64,000 nt of DNA, taken from positions 23,856,773-23,920,772 of the forward strand of contig CM119268.1 in NCBI GenBank assembly GCA_051294375.1, written 5' to 3'. Both the position numbers and the translations under genes were made by a program. Within the stretch, counting starts at the first letter, position 1. Every line of letters starts with the position of its first letter. Shown piece after piece: positions 1 to 12,400 of the stretch. The notes under the pieces are model-generated. The model was given only the letters and a program-made list of their open reading frames with translations. It searched no databases and was not told the DNA's origin. This stretch comes from Paraspadella gotoi (Eukaryota > Animalia > Chaetognatha).

Positions 1-1
1 T

Positions 2-33
2 CAAGCCTGAACCGGCTTCGCCGGTCATGGCTT
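2..33. mobile_element. GC-rich palindrome resembling a Helitron/Helentron-family terminal hairpin
   Basis: CAAGCC-TGA-ACCGGC-TTC-GCCGGT-CAT-GGCTTG: imperfect palindrome at the window edge; family assignment is inferred. Confidence 0.35.
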
Positions 34-225
34 GATAACAATTCTAAAAGATTTCATTGATTTTTTCGTCTCAGAGAAACAAAAGAAGAAATATGATAAT
101 TAAGTTGAAGATAATTTTATGGAAATCAACTCTATTCGGATTTTGCTTCATCATTGGATTCATCGTCGAGAGATTCGATCAAATTCTGACCAAAATCTAC
201 AAAATTGCGTCGGAATGAAGATACA

Positions 226-426
226 TAAGGGTTGATAGCATATTCTGGGTAAGGGTTGATAGCTTATTCTGAGTAAGGGTTGATAGCTTATTCTGAGTAA
301 GGGTTGATAGCTTATTCTGAGTAAGGGTTGATAGCTTATTCTGAGTAAGGGTTGATAGCTTATTCTGAGTAAGGGTTGATAGCTTATTCTGAGTAAGGGT
401 TGAGAGCTTATTCTGAGTAAGGGTTG
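226..426. repeat. 24-bp minisatellite, ~8 copies (TAAGGGTTGATAGCTTATTCTGAG)
   Basis: Units start at 226, 250, 274, 298 ... 418. Confidence 0.95.
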
Positions 427-536
427 AAATTTAGACTACTCTTTTTTTTTTAATAACGATAACGATATTAACACAATTGAATACAATTCAATTCTTTTAT
501 CAATATTGAATATTTTTTCAGATTTTTTGCTGCGGC

Positions 537-567
<31 letters not shown>

Positions 568-678
568 AACGACGAAGACGACGACGACGACGACGATGAC
601 GACGATAACCACATCAATTCATATACAAGTGAGGAGAAAATAATTTAAAGAGATTTATTAATTCTACTCAAACTATGT

Positions 679-735
<57 letters not shown>

Positions 736-969
736 ACACTGCCCTACCATTCTACCATTGACCTATGTAGTTGTATTCTGAGTAAAATAAAATAATAATA
801 AATTTCAATGACATTTTGAAAAATTATTTATTAAAAAATGAGATCAGATTCAGAAATCCAATTAAGTATTTTAATTGGTTCGAGAATTATATATGTTATT
901 AAATTAGATGATAATTTAACTATTTTTTAATAGAACGTAGTACTAACGTAGCTTGGGATGAGAAAGAGG

Positions 970-1008
<39 letters not shown>

Positions 1009-1035
1009 GATGAGAGAGATAGAGAGAGAGATGAG

Positions 1036-1087
<52 letters not shown>

Positions 1088-1178
1088 ATGAGAAGAGAGA
1101 GAGAGCGAGATAGAGAGAGAGAAAGAGAGAGAGAGGAGAGAGAGAGAGAGAGGAGCAGATAGAGTGAGAGGAGAGAGA

Positions 1179-1228
<50 letters not shown>

Positions 1229-1249
1229 GAGTCAATTTCCCTTCACTTT

Positions 1250-3915
1250 CACTAACGCGTCTTCAACTTTGAGCGACGAAACCAAAAATTCTTTTTTTCT
1301 CGAGAAGACAGATCAGAGGACGAATCTTGTGTGAGGAGATAGCGAGAGGCCTGAGAGGGAGAGGGAGATGAGGGGGAGAGGGAGAAGGAGAGGGAGAAGG
1401 AGAAGGGGAGGGAGATAGAGAAAGGGAGGGAGAACGGGAGAGAGAAGGAGAGGGAGAAGGGGAGGGATGGAGTGGAGAAGGGGTAGGGAAAAGAGGCAGG
1501 TAAGTGGCGGCAAGGAAGCAGGAAGCAGAGGAAGAAGGAGAAGTGAAAGGGAGATGTAAGAAGGGGAGGGGTAAGAAAGCGGAGGAAGAGGGAGAAGAGT
1601 AGGGAGCGAGAGTAGAAGGGAAAGAGAAAGGGGACAGGAAGGAGAGGGGAGAGGAGAAGGAGGGGAGGGAAGAGGCGGGTAAGAGGAGTGATGGAGAGGC
1701 AGAATACGTAGGAAGAGGGGAAGAGGGGAAGGAAGATGAGAATTCAAAAAATATCAGGGAGACTCGCTACACACGACATATAGACAATTTGACAGAGAGA
1801 CGGATAGTCAGAAAACAGACAGACAGATCCCCACCCAAGACTTAAGACAACAAAATGGAGAGAAAGACCGGAAAAGGTTGACTGCCAAAGAGAAAGAATT
1901 AACATACGTCAGTTAAACGGACAGACGGACCGACAGTTAGACCACCAGCCACACAGAGGGACAGACAGACTGTCCTCTAGTTTAAGATGGTTAGATAGAC
2001 GGACATACGGACCTCTTCGTCGGGTTTCTGCGATTTGGAGACAAACGAAGATTCGCATCCATTTTTGTTTTCGGTTGAATGAGATTTTGTGACATCATAG
2101 CGACCAACGCCGACCGGATTCTGAGAGAGGGAGAGAGAGAGGGAGACAGAGAGTAAAGGGGAGGAAGAGAGGGAGGAAAGGGGAGAAGAAAGGGAGGAAA
2201 GGGGAGAAGAGAGGGAGGAAAGGGNNNNNNNNNNNNNNNNNNNNNNNNNNNNNNNNNNNNNNNNNNNNNNNNNNNNNNNNNNNNNNNNNNNNNNNNNNNN
2301 NNNNNNNNNNNNNNNNNNNNNNNNNNNNNNNNNNNNNNNNNNNNNNNNNNNNNNNNNNNNNNNNNNNNNNNNNNNNNNNNNNNNNNNNNNNNNNNNNNNN
2401 NNNNNNNNNNNNNNNNNNNNNNNNNNNNNNNNNNNNNNNNNNNNNNNNNNNNNNNNNNNNNNNNNNNNNNNNNNNNNNNNNNNNNNNNNNNNNNNNNNNN
2501 NNNNNNNNNNNNNNNNNNNNNNNNNNNNNNNNNNNNNNNNNNNNNNNNNNNNNNNNNNNGGGAGAAAAGGGGAGAAGAGAGGGAGGAAAGGGGAGAAGAG
2601 AGGGAGGAAAGGGAGAAAAGGGGAGAAGAGAGGCAGGAAGGGGAGTAAGAGAAGAAAAAAAATGACAAAAGATCAAAAGAACAAAAGAGAAAATGAATAA
2701 CAACAACTCACGAAATTCCCGGTGAACTTTTGAGTGAATTTTCTGTCTTCTCTCGGAGCCGAAGTGTTGAACGGTGGCGGGTCAACGTTTTGACTTTGAG
2801 ACACGCCCACTTCCGTTCCAGTTGGGTTGTATCGGCCCGGGCCGGGTCCGTTAGGGTCCTGGGTATAACGTGGCGATATGAATTTGGAAAAAAATAAAAG
2901 ATTAATCGTTCATTTTTAAGTTTAATAATTAAAGTGTTCTTTACAAAAATATATAAACTATTAAGACGCTTTTTGGTCGGTCTGTCTCTCGATCCATTTG
3001 TCAGACATAGCCTATCGGTAGGAATAAAAAGAGACAAATTGATTCACGTTTAAAAAGTGTCGGGCAGGATTCATGCTTTAGTAATTCCACAAGAAAGTTC
3101 GATGGACTGTTGGAGTAAGTGCAACGAGGACTCGTGAAACAACTATTCAGTCAATCAGTCGGTTTGTCTGTTTGTTGGCTTTTAGCTCGGGTAAATACTG
3201 CATAAATTTAGTTGATGCAATGTAGCAGGGCGATGTACCATTAAATGCTTAATGTGCATGTTTTCTACTTGCCTAATCTCGTTAAATACATCTTAAAATT
3301 ATCGGTTCTTATTCTTTCTCTTTCCTCGAACTTACCTTAAAGCAAAGAACCGGGTCGGACAAGACGATCCGCTCCGTTGGGTGAGTTGGCTGTTGAGCTA
3401 ACTGACCGAACCTTCCGTGGCGACGTCTATGCGGCGATGAGAACTTGTCCATGAAATGATCTTGGTAAGTTTGACCGTCGCCAGTATAAGCGCTTTTCTG
3501 AGAGAAAGGAGAGAGTAAGGTGCAGGTCAGTGACGACCCTGTATCACAAAAGCGGCCCAGTTCAGCATTAAGAATTAGGTTTAATATATAATATTAATTA
3601 TTTGATAAATAAAAATTATCTTTAAATATTTGGGATAAATTTATGGAAGATCAGGGATTACCGATTAGAAACAGAAAAGGGTAACTTTTGGAAAATAGTG
3701 CCCGATCCTTCTTTGTACTCATTTTATCCTCACCCCAACGGCCCGATGTCCCGTCGTGATCGGCTTTGTCCTATCGCCTGAGAAATTGTCGTAAGGCCCT
3801 CGGTCGGAAACGACTTTTGCAAGAAGGGCATCAATAGATGAAGGTGCAGGTCTGTAGGAACTGGGTGCTAATCCTGATTTCTGGGAAGAGTGAGGGAATT
3901 AATTAATCTCTTTCA

Positions 3916-3988
<73 letters not shown>

Positions 3989-4056
3989 CTTTTAAACCTT
4001 CTCTTTCTCTATCCTTGTCTTCGCTCCATTAAGAAGCTCTCTCTCTCTCTCTCTCT

Positions 4057-4087
<31 letters not shown>

Positions 4088-4132
4088 TTTTAAACCTTCT
4101 CTTTCTCTATCCTTGTCTTCGCCTCCGTCAAA

Positions 4133-4182
<50 letters not shown>

Positions 4183-4227
4183 CTTTTAAACCTTCTCTTT
4201 CTCTATCCTTGTCTTCGCTCCGTCAAG

Positions 4228-4259
<32 letters not shown>

Positions 4260-6350
4260 TTTTAAACCTTCTCTTTCTCTATCCTTGTCTTCGCTCCGTC
4301 AAGAAGTCCAACATTTCCGGGAGAGATTTTTGCTTTTGACTCCACGGCAGCTTGAGGGATCCCACCTTCCCCGTACCAGCCTGTGATAAAGTCATTCTCT
4401 GTCATTATATCTGCTTGTGATAGAGCAACTCTGTCATTAAATCAGCTTGTGATAGAATCATTCTCTGTCATTATATCTGCTTGTGATAGAGCAACTCTGT
4501 CATTAAATCAGCCTGTGATAGAGTCATTCTCGGTCATTCTATTAGCCTAAGACAGAGCAACTTTATGTCATTATTTAAACTTGTGATAGAGGAATTTTTT
4601 AATCATCTTATATACCTGAGATTGATGATTTCTATGTCATTTTATCAGTGTTTGATGTCATTATATCAGCCTGTGATAGAGTGGTTAATTTCTATGAGAT
4701 TGAGTCTCATTTTAATTAATCTGATTTTTCCTGCCTTTTTTTCAAGTAATGACATCGATATGAATAAACTTACCCGGCGGAGGTAAGTTCCTTTTATCTT
4801 CCTTAAACCTTTGATCCAATGTCGCCAAATTCCCTCGCAATGAAGTCGGTCGATTGGAAAGATTCGAAAAGGAATCTGGGAGTGAATAAGATCCTGGACC
4901 GAGCGATCGTTTCTGATGGAATAAGAGAGATGAAACCAAGTGAGAGGAAAGTCACGTACTCTGGGAGTGAATTAACGAGACTGTGAGAGAGTCTTGATTG
5001 ACAGCTTGCAGGGACATGCTTTGTCATTATCTTGTAAGAGTGATGGAGGCCTTAAACCACCAAAGCCTGTCCAAAGTCTGGGGCAAGATAGCTTATTTAT
5101 TAATTTGGATAATTTTTATATTGGTTGTATCAATTTCATGAAACATTTTCATTGAAGGGCAGATATGTAGCAGATTAATTTGTGGATTATTTCAAATGAG
5201 ATTGAGATCCTCAATCTCATTTGCATATTGTCGTATTCTAACTCTCTAGCTCATTAGTCTTACCAAGAAGCCAGTCAAGTAGGCTTCAACTTACTAAGTA
5301 AGTTACAAGTTAATTCTCCACTGAACCTATGTATATTAACCGATGTTATGATTAATCAGGGTAACCATTCTCATACTGATATATCGCCCTGTCATAGACA
5401 TATGTTCTTCATTATCTTGTATCTACTTTTATATCTCTCTTTCTGCATCTGTCTCTTCCCCCCAAACCTGCATCTGTCTCTTCCTCCATTCCTCTCTAAA
5501 CAGCAGGTGCGGAGTCTTTGCGAATTTCTCCATCTCTGCTTCACGCTGCCAACCGGGACCGCGTCCAGCCGCGGCGACGCAGCGGCTAAGGTCGCCAGCG
5601 TCGAATCTGTATTTGCCGGGACCGCGGCTTCGTTCCTGGAAAAAGTCATTAATTGATTTAATTGACTGATTAATTGATTGATTGATTGATTGACTGAATA
5701 AGTGTTTTACCGCTTTACTTACATATTTTTTGATTATATTCATTGGCTTATTTATTGATTTACTCAAGATTTTTTAGTTGAAATGATTGCTTTCGTGATT
5801 TATTGATTGATTGAATGATTGATTTGTAGATTTATTGAATATATCCTGATTGCTTGATTGATATTCCCATCATATAAAGTAATTTATTGATTGATTAATT
5901 GATCGTTTGACATATAAATTTGATAGTAATATTGCTTAATTGAATGACTCACATAATCGTCCAGAGTCTTTTTGTGATAAGCAGCCTGAACAAAAGTCCC
6001 TGGGAGTTTTCGGTCGGGATGAGCTGAGGAGACATCAAACCTGAGGAGAAGGAGAAGGAGGAGGAGGAGGAGGAAGGGGAGGAGGAAGGGGAGTAGGAAG
6101 AGGATAAGAAGGGGGAAGGGGAGGTGTAGGATGAAGAGGAAGGGGAGGATGAGAATGAGGAGGAGAAAGAGCAGGATCAGGAGAAGGAAGGGGAAGAGGA
6201 GAATGAGAAAGAGGAGAAGAAATTTTTTTTTTCTTTTTAATTTAACATTGAAATTTAAAAGTCAAATTTGACAAAACAAAAAGTAAGTTTGACTTACCTC
6301 GCCGTCTGGACACCGAAGGGAGATCCTTTGTATAGTTTATCCGTCATCAT
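1250..6350 (-). CDS. CIMAP2: CIMAP2/LEXM (C1orf177)-like ciliary microtubule-associated PG-repeat protein, multi-exon
   Basis: GT-AG exons join in frame: 6350-6298 (MMTDKLYKGSPFGVQTAR), 6040-5953 (FDVSSAHPDRKLPGTF..), 5635-5468 (ERSRGPGKY..GWQREAEMEKFAKTPHLL), 4912-4774 (KRSLGPGSY..RPTSLRG), 4380-4268 (GWYGEGGIP..), 3880-3734 (KSGLAPSSY..DRGPYDNFSGDR), 3497-3336 (..HGRFGQL..PTERI), 2858-2712 (DPNGPGPGRYN..PPPFNTS), 2120-~2009 (NPVGVGRY). Motifs are collinear with vertebrate C1orf177/LEXM as recalled (APFGVQSHRFD, GPGSY, RGPYDTFSGDR, PTERI, NPVGVGRY). Last exon probably starts at 1350; its frame and stop are uncertain. Confidence 0.85.
3537..3704. mobile_element. MITE-like element (CGGGCACTATTTTCCAAAAG terminus)
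   Basis: 3685-3704 is the exact reverse complement of 22534-22553; the other end carries AAAAGCGGCCCAGTTCAG. Confidence 0.55.
3990..4308. repeat. Four tandem copies of the CIMAP2 exon-5 3' end plus donor site, separated by (CT)n
   Basis: TTTAAACCTTCTCTTTCTCTATCCTTGTCTTCGC(T)CC recurs at ~3991, ~4089, ~4185 and ~4261. Confidence 0.85.
4381..4690. repeat. Degenerate 32-34-bp intronic minisatellite abutting a splice acceptor
   Basis: GC(C/T)TGTGATAGAG..CTCTGTCATTA(T/A)ATC units repeated. Confidence 0.8.
4958..5142 (-). mobile_element. Copy of the ~300-bp interspersed repeat
   Basis: Reverse complement of 7863-8050. Confidence 0.85.
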
Positions 6351-6906
6351 AATATTATTGAGGTTTTTGGTTTTAGATAAATATATATAGTTTTGGATAG
6401 ACAAACAAACGACGTAGATAGACGTATTTGAAAATATGCTAAGTAGAGTTTCTGTCTTAAAAAAATAATAAAACGAGATGTGGTCACTATTTTCCAAAAG
6501 CGGTCCATTTCGAGTTAATCCCTTAACTTCCTACTCCCTTAACTCATTCTTTAAAAGTAAACATTTGGAACGATTTTGTAAAATATGACAGAAATGTGAT
6601 TTCTCCAAACATTAACAAATTGTGTCGATAAATAACTCGGGTTTTAATTACAAATATAATCAATAAATTAAAATCAATTTCAAAGTTTTATTCATAAAAA
6701 AAACAAAAAAACAGACGTTATTCAAACAAATAAGTAAAAATTGATAAAAAAAAAAAAGTAAAAATCCTGACATGTAAATAATTAAAAAAAATTTACAATT
6801 ATTTACATGACTATTATTTAAAATTTGTTTAATTCATGAATTATATTCCTTTTATTATTAAAGTCTTAACGTCTTTAATTTTAAATTCTTTTCCCCCAAA
6901 TTGATG

Positions 6907-9368
6907 TCACTTTTTTCCTTTTCTCTCTTTTTCTCCGCTAGAGGGAAGCGGAGACGACGACGATGGCAGAGACGATAACGGGGACGACGACGATGGCAGA
7001 GACGATAACGGCGACGACGACATCGTCGCTGCCTTTAATATTTCCTTCGACCTTTTCGTCGTTGCCACTGAAGTTCGCCGCGACGACGACGACGACGACG
7101 ACGACGAAACTGGACCGCATAGTTTCGGTACAGGAGCGGATCGTAGGGTAGGACATCGTGGAGCAGCGGTTCGTGGAGCAGCAGGAGGAGCAGGGACTAA
7201 CGGAGCAGCAGCAGCCGCCGCCACCGACTCAGGAACTCCTCGTCGCAGTTGATTCTCCTGTTGCGGCAACGAATTCGTTTGCGGCAGTGGTTGCTGTTGC
7301 GGTTGCTGCAACACCTGCGTTTGCTGAATTTCTCGCTGTTTCTGTTGCTGTTGTTGTTGTTGTTGGGCGGAATCGACGACGTGTATTACGAAATCGTCGT
7401 CGTCGTCGTCGTCGTCGTCGTTGTTGTTTGCGGGGACAGATTCTAAATCGTCAAAACTTGTGTCTTTTCTCGCCGGTGCAACTCCGACGCTGCCGGTGCT
7501 GCCGACACGATTGCCGGTACAGCCGATCCGATTGCCGGTGCTGCCGACACCTTTGCCGGTGCTGCCGACACGATTGCCGGTGCTGCTACTCGGCGGAGTC
7601 TTTTCCGGATCCAAATCGATGAAATTGGGAAGATTTCGTTTACTTCGGGATTTTAAAGACCTGAGAAGATTTGGGAGGAAGATTTATAAGATTTAGGAGG
7701 AAGATTTATAAGATTTGGGAGATTTATAAGATTTGGGGGCAAGATTAGTAATATTTGGGAGGAAGATTTATAGGAATTGGGAGGAAGATTTATAAGATTT
7801 GGAAGAAAGCTTTACAACAATTGAAAGACATAAATAAAGTGAGAGTTTTGGAAGATATTGAATATGAAATTGGTACAACCAATATAAAAATTATCCATTC
7901 ATTTAATAAATAAGCTATCTTGCCCCTGACTTTGGACAGGCTTTGGTGGTTTAAGGCCTCCATTACTCTTACAAGATAATGACATAGCAGGTCCCTGCAA
8001 GCTTTCAATCAAGACTCTCTCACAGTCTTGTTTATTCACTCCCAGAGTACCTGGCTTCCCTATCAATGAAGTGGTATAATATTTCAAAGAATGTTTCAAT
8101 TGTATGAAAAGACCACTCCCTTAAGTATTAGATCGGGGAATACTTATTGTACTCCGCACTAGCATCAAAATACAAGGAGCTGAATTTTATGAAATTGGTA
8201 CAACCAATATAAAAATTATATTTAAGAGAGATTTATCTAGAGATTTATCTATAGATTTGGGAAATTAAGATTAGAAATATTTGCTTGATTTGAGTGATTT
8301 TGGAAGATTTAAAAGATTTATTTGATTTTGATATTTAACAGATTTAAAAACGTTAAATATTTCAAAATATCCAAACAAAATGGGATGAATAATGTAGCGA
8401 AGTTCCTGACCTGGAAATGCTGCCGCAGACGATGACTCCGTAGGTAAGTTCAGAGTAAGTCGAGTCTTTCTCCTCCTCTTCCTCCTTCTCCTTACTCGTT
8501 GTCGGCTCGGCGGCGTCGGCTTTGTCGGGCGTGGCGGTCAACGGCGTTGTCGGGCGGCGTCGACCGCCGGAAGTGAGCGGGCGGGAAGAGGAAGGGCGGG
8601 ATTTGACGATGGCGGTTCTGTTGAAGCATTGAGGGCATTTTGTATAGGAGTTGTAGGGCATTGCGGGCATTTTGTATAGGAGTTGTAGGGCATTAAGAGC
8701 ATTTTGTATAGGAGTTGTAGGGCATCCAGGGCATTTATATTAAGGAAATATTGAGTACAAGAATATCTATTTAAGCCACGTGACGGCATCATGGCATTAA
8801 TTTGATCGCTTATCTATCCTTTATCTCATTAAACCTTACCTAACGCGGAAAGGGTGAGTTACGCCGCCAGATGGAATCGCAGTTGAAGTTGACGTTAAAC
8901 CGACGGACGCAGGAGCGTCGTGGGCGGCGGCGGCTGCTGCTGTTGCTGCTGCTTCGGCGGCGGCGGTGGCGGCGGCGGCTGCTGAAGCGTCCTTCTTCCG
9001 CGTCGTTTGATAAAGTCTTTCGGGATCTGAACAAATGTCTCTCACAGTCAGGGATGGCGGTCCTTTCCCTCCGCCGCCGCTGCCGCCGCCAGTTCGCGTC
9101 TTCGGCCTCACAGCCTCGGTTTCGCCGCCACCAGGGCCGAACTTTGACGCCGCCTTCGCATCCAAGGCGGACTCAAAGTGACCGCCAGTTGCTGCAAGGT
9201 CTCCGCCGCCGCCGCCGCCGCCGCCGCCGCCTCCCGCCAAGAAGGAATTGATAAAAGCCCAATCTTCGGTAAAGTCTGTTGAATTTGTTGTTGTTGTTGT
9301 TGTCGTTGTCGTTGTCTTTGTGGGCGATTTAACTGTCGTTGCGGCCCTAAATAGAAATTGTTAGGGTC

Positions 9369-9418
<50 letters not shown>

Positions 9419-12400
9419 TCTCTTTCTTTCTCTCAACAACACGATTAGGAACTATTTGTAATGAACCGACTGAATTACTGCAATATGCAAATGAGATTCC
9501 AGAAAATGAAGACGAAGTCTTTTCAACAACGATTTCATTTTATTATGACAGGGACATGTTTCGGCTTTCGGCAAATGAGATTAAAAAGGTCAAGGCTTCT
9601 GTTTTCTATCATCAATAATAGCTTCTTAATCATTGCAATCATCATCATCATCATCATCATCATCATTATCATCATCACCATCACCTTTCTACAGCCACAT
9701 CGTCAAGATACTTGAGCGCCGGCAGCGCCTCACCCACTCGACGCCTTAAGTCGTAATCTCTCTCGTTAGCGTCTGGTGAGGGAGACAAACAGACCGGGTT
9801 CCCTTCGAGGGTAAGGTGGGTAAGTGAAGAGCAGAGGGCGAGGAAGTCAACCTGGTGGGAGAGAGAGAAGACCAACAGAGTAACAAGATTAATTGTTTAA
9901 CTCTCCCCTTCTAAATTTCCCTTTTTCTTGTTTTAACTATACTAACTTAGAATTTTTTAACAACCAGATTGAAAAAGAAAAAGAAAAAAATGCTTTCCGA
10001 TTTAACTTGACAATTTTGTTATTTACCGATTAAAAAAAAATTAATTAAATCAGAATGTTTACATATATAAACAATATTTTTTACTACGATGTTTTTTTTT
10101 TATGTATTAGCTCTAATACATCAAAGTTTACGCATTGTTAAGGTGAATTAACCTTCCTCTTAATGAGATGATGATAATCACCATCATTATCACTATCATT
10201 ATCATCATTCATCATCATCTTCATCATTCATCAGCTTCATCATCCCAAACCACACCTGTTCAATCTCGTCTACAGAATTCCCCTCCAGATCCAAAACCGT
10301 CAGATCCTCCAGCATTCCCAGCGGAGAGAGATCTCTCACGTCGTTGTAAGAGATGTAGAGCTCCTTCAGGCTGTGCATCGCCGAGATCCCGTCCAGTTCC
10401 TCTAGACCACACCGGCACAACCAGAGGACCTAGAGGCAAGTGGATAATAATATAACTACATAAAAACCGAAGAACAGAACAAAATCCAAATTCAAAATTT
10501 AAGTTTAATACTACAATATGTAAATGAGATAGAAAAATTCAATCTCATTTAATAATCAGCTATTACAAATCAATGACTTTACTGATTTGTTAATTGATCG
10601 TTTGATTGATTAGTTGATGACTTGATAAATAAACTCACCTAGTAATTGATTAATGATTTAATTTCTTGATTTAATTTCTTCCTTCATTGTTATTGAAAGA
10701 TTAATAATTAAATAGATTAATTCGTCTTTGCATTAGGTTTATCAATAGGTACTTTACTGATTAATATATATTAAATTATTTATTTATTTCCATAGTGATT
10801 TAATTGCTAATTGATAAATAGATTCATTGATAGATTAGTACATTAATTATTTGATTCATGGATTTAAGGTCTAATTGACCGATTGTTTTATTAATGATTT
10901 GAGTGACAGACGGGTTAAAGGGTTGATTTATTGATTGATTGATTGATCGGTCGATCGACCCAACAAAGCGATCTACCTTCAACCCTCCGAAGCCCGTCCC
11001 CAACTCCCGCACGCAGGCGACACTCGAATCTGACAGTCTCAGCTTGTCCAGATTGGGTAGACTCGATCCGATCGCCCCCAGCGTCGCGTCGACGGTGGCC
11101 ACGCGAAGTTCGAGACTCCGTATGTGATTAAGGTCGTTACATCCGGGGAGGAGGGAGAGAAGGAGGTGCGGCGTGAGGTGTTCGGAGATGAGGACGTCCT
11201 GAAGGAAGAGTTGGGACGGAAATCTGCATTAATGTCATCATCACTTATGACATCAGCATGAAAGGAAGAGTTGGGACGGAAATCTGCATTAATGACATCA
11301 TCACTTATGACATCACTTATGACATCAGCATGAAAGGGCACCATCATCATAAAGAGGATATAATCATTGTGTGGTCATCGCCTTAAAATAAAAGGGGTCA
11401 TCGCCTTAAATGGTCTATAAATTTGAATAGTTCAATCTTATGACGATTGGGCTCTGTGTTGTCTTTCTTCTCTGTCTGTCTGGCTTTTTGTCTATCTCTC
11501 TGGCTTTCATTCTATTTGTCTGTCTGGCTTTCAGTGAATTAATAATTAAAAAAAAATCAAGACGGGTGATCCCAAAAAAAGAAAGTTACTCTTCACAATA
11601 TGCGATTCAAAAAAACTGAATAAATGTTTAATGTATGTATGAAGTTTATTTTACATTAAACAGATGCGAATAATCAGGGGAAATGGAAACCAGTTAATAA
11701 AAACGCATGAAATATAAATAAAACTAAAACCAAATAAGAATAAAATCACAATCATAAATATGTTCCAAACCGATAGAAAATGACATTACAATTAGAGATT
11801 ATATAAATTCAAACAAATAAAAAAAAAAACATTTAGAAAGGAGTCTCGAACGCTCGACCTTTTAATTCGTCATCTCTTTGAGTCCAAAAGAAAAAAGCGA
11901 CGCCGACGGCGAAAATAGCGACGAAAATGAAAGACTTGAAAGAAATTCCATCGTCTGTAGATGAGACATCATCTGTTACAGATGGATGAGCCTCGGTTGT
12001 AGATGGAATATCATCTATGTCTTCTTCAAAGTCTGAATCCGAGGCTTCAGTCGGACCGTAACTGGAAATTAAGGAAATAACCAACTTCATTAGCGAAAAA
12101 AAAGATTTTGGAGAAAACTTAAAAAATTAATATTATTTAATGTTAAATGGATAAGGCGCTATGTGGGCTGAAGAATGCTGTATGCAACTTCATCAACCCC
12201 CTCTAGCAGCCTTGGAATCGGACTTGAGGGTCTTCCACGCCCCCAAGGCGGTTTACGGCTGTCCTCACGCTTCCCGAAGGGTGGGTACCTTGGGGAATCG
12301 ATCACAGTACCTCACGGTCATGAACGAGTAAAGATATCATGCTTAGAGTTGGGGTGAATTTATTGCAATGCCCGATTATATTTATAATTTTTAAAAATAT

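Noticed and set aside
226-426. Regular 24-bp repeats resembling a CRISPR array
   Set aside because: Units are contiguous with no unique spacers, there are no cas genes, and the context is eukaryotic.
927-2706. Long Leu/Ser/Pro-rich ORFs here and many similar ORFs across 32.3-33.2 kb and 39-63 kb
   Set aside because: They are translations of (CT)n/(GA)n microsatellites, low-complexity tracts or N-gaps.
7158-9251. Plus-strand ORFs overlapping LRRC56 (and similar ones over the transglutaminase and Eph exons)
   Set aside because: Antisense shadows of GC-rich real exons with no independent motifs.
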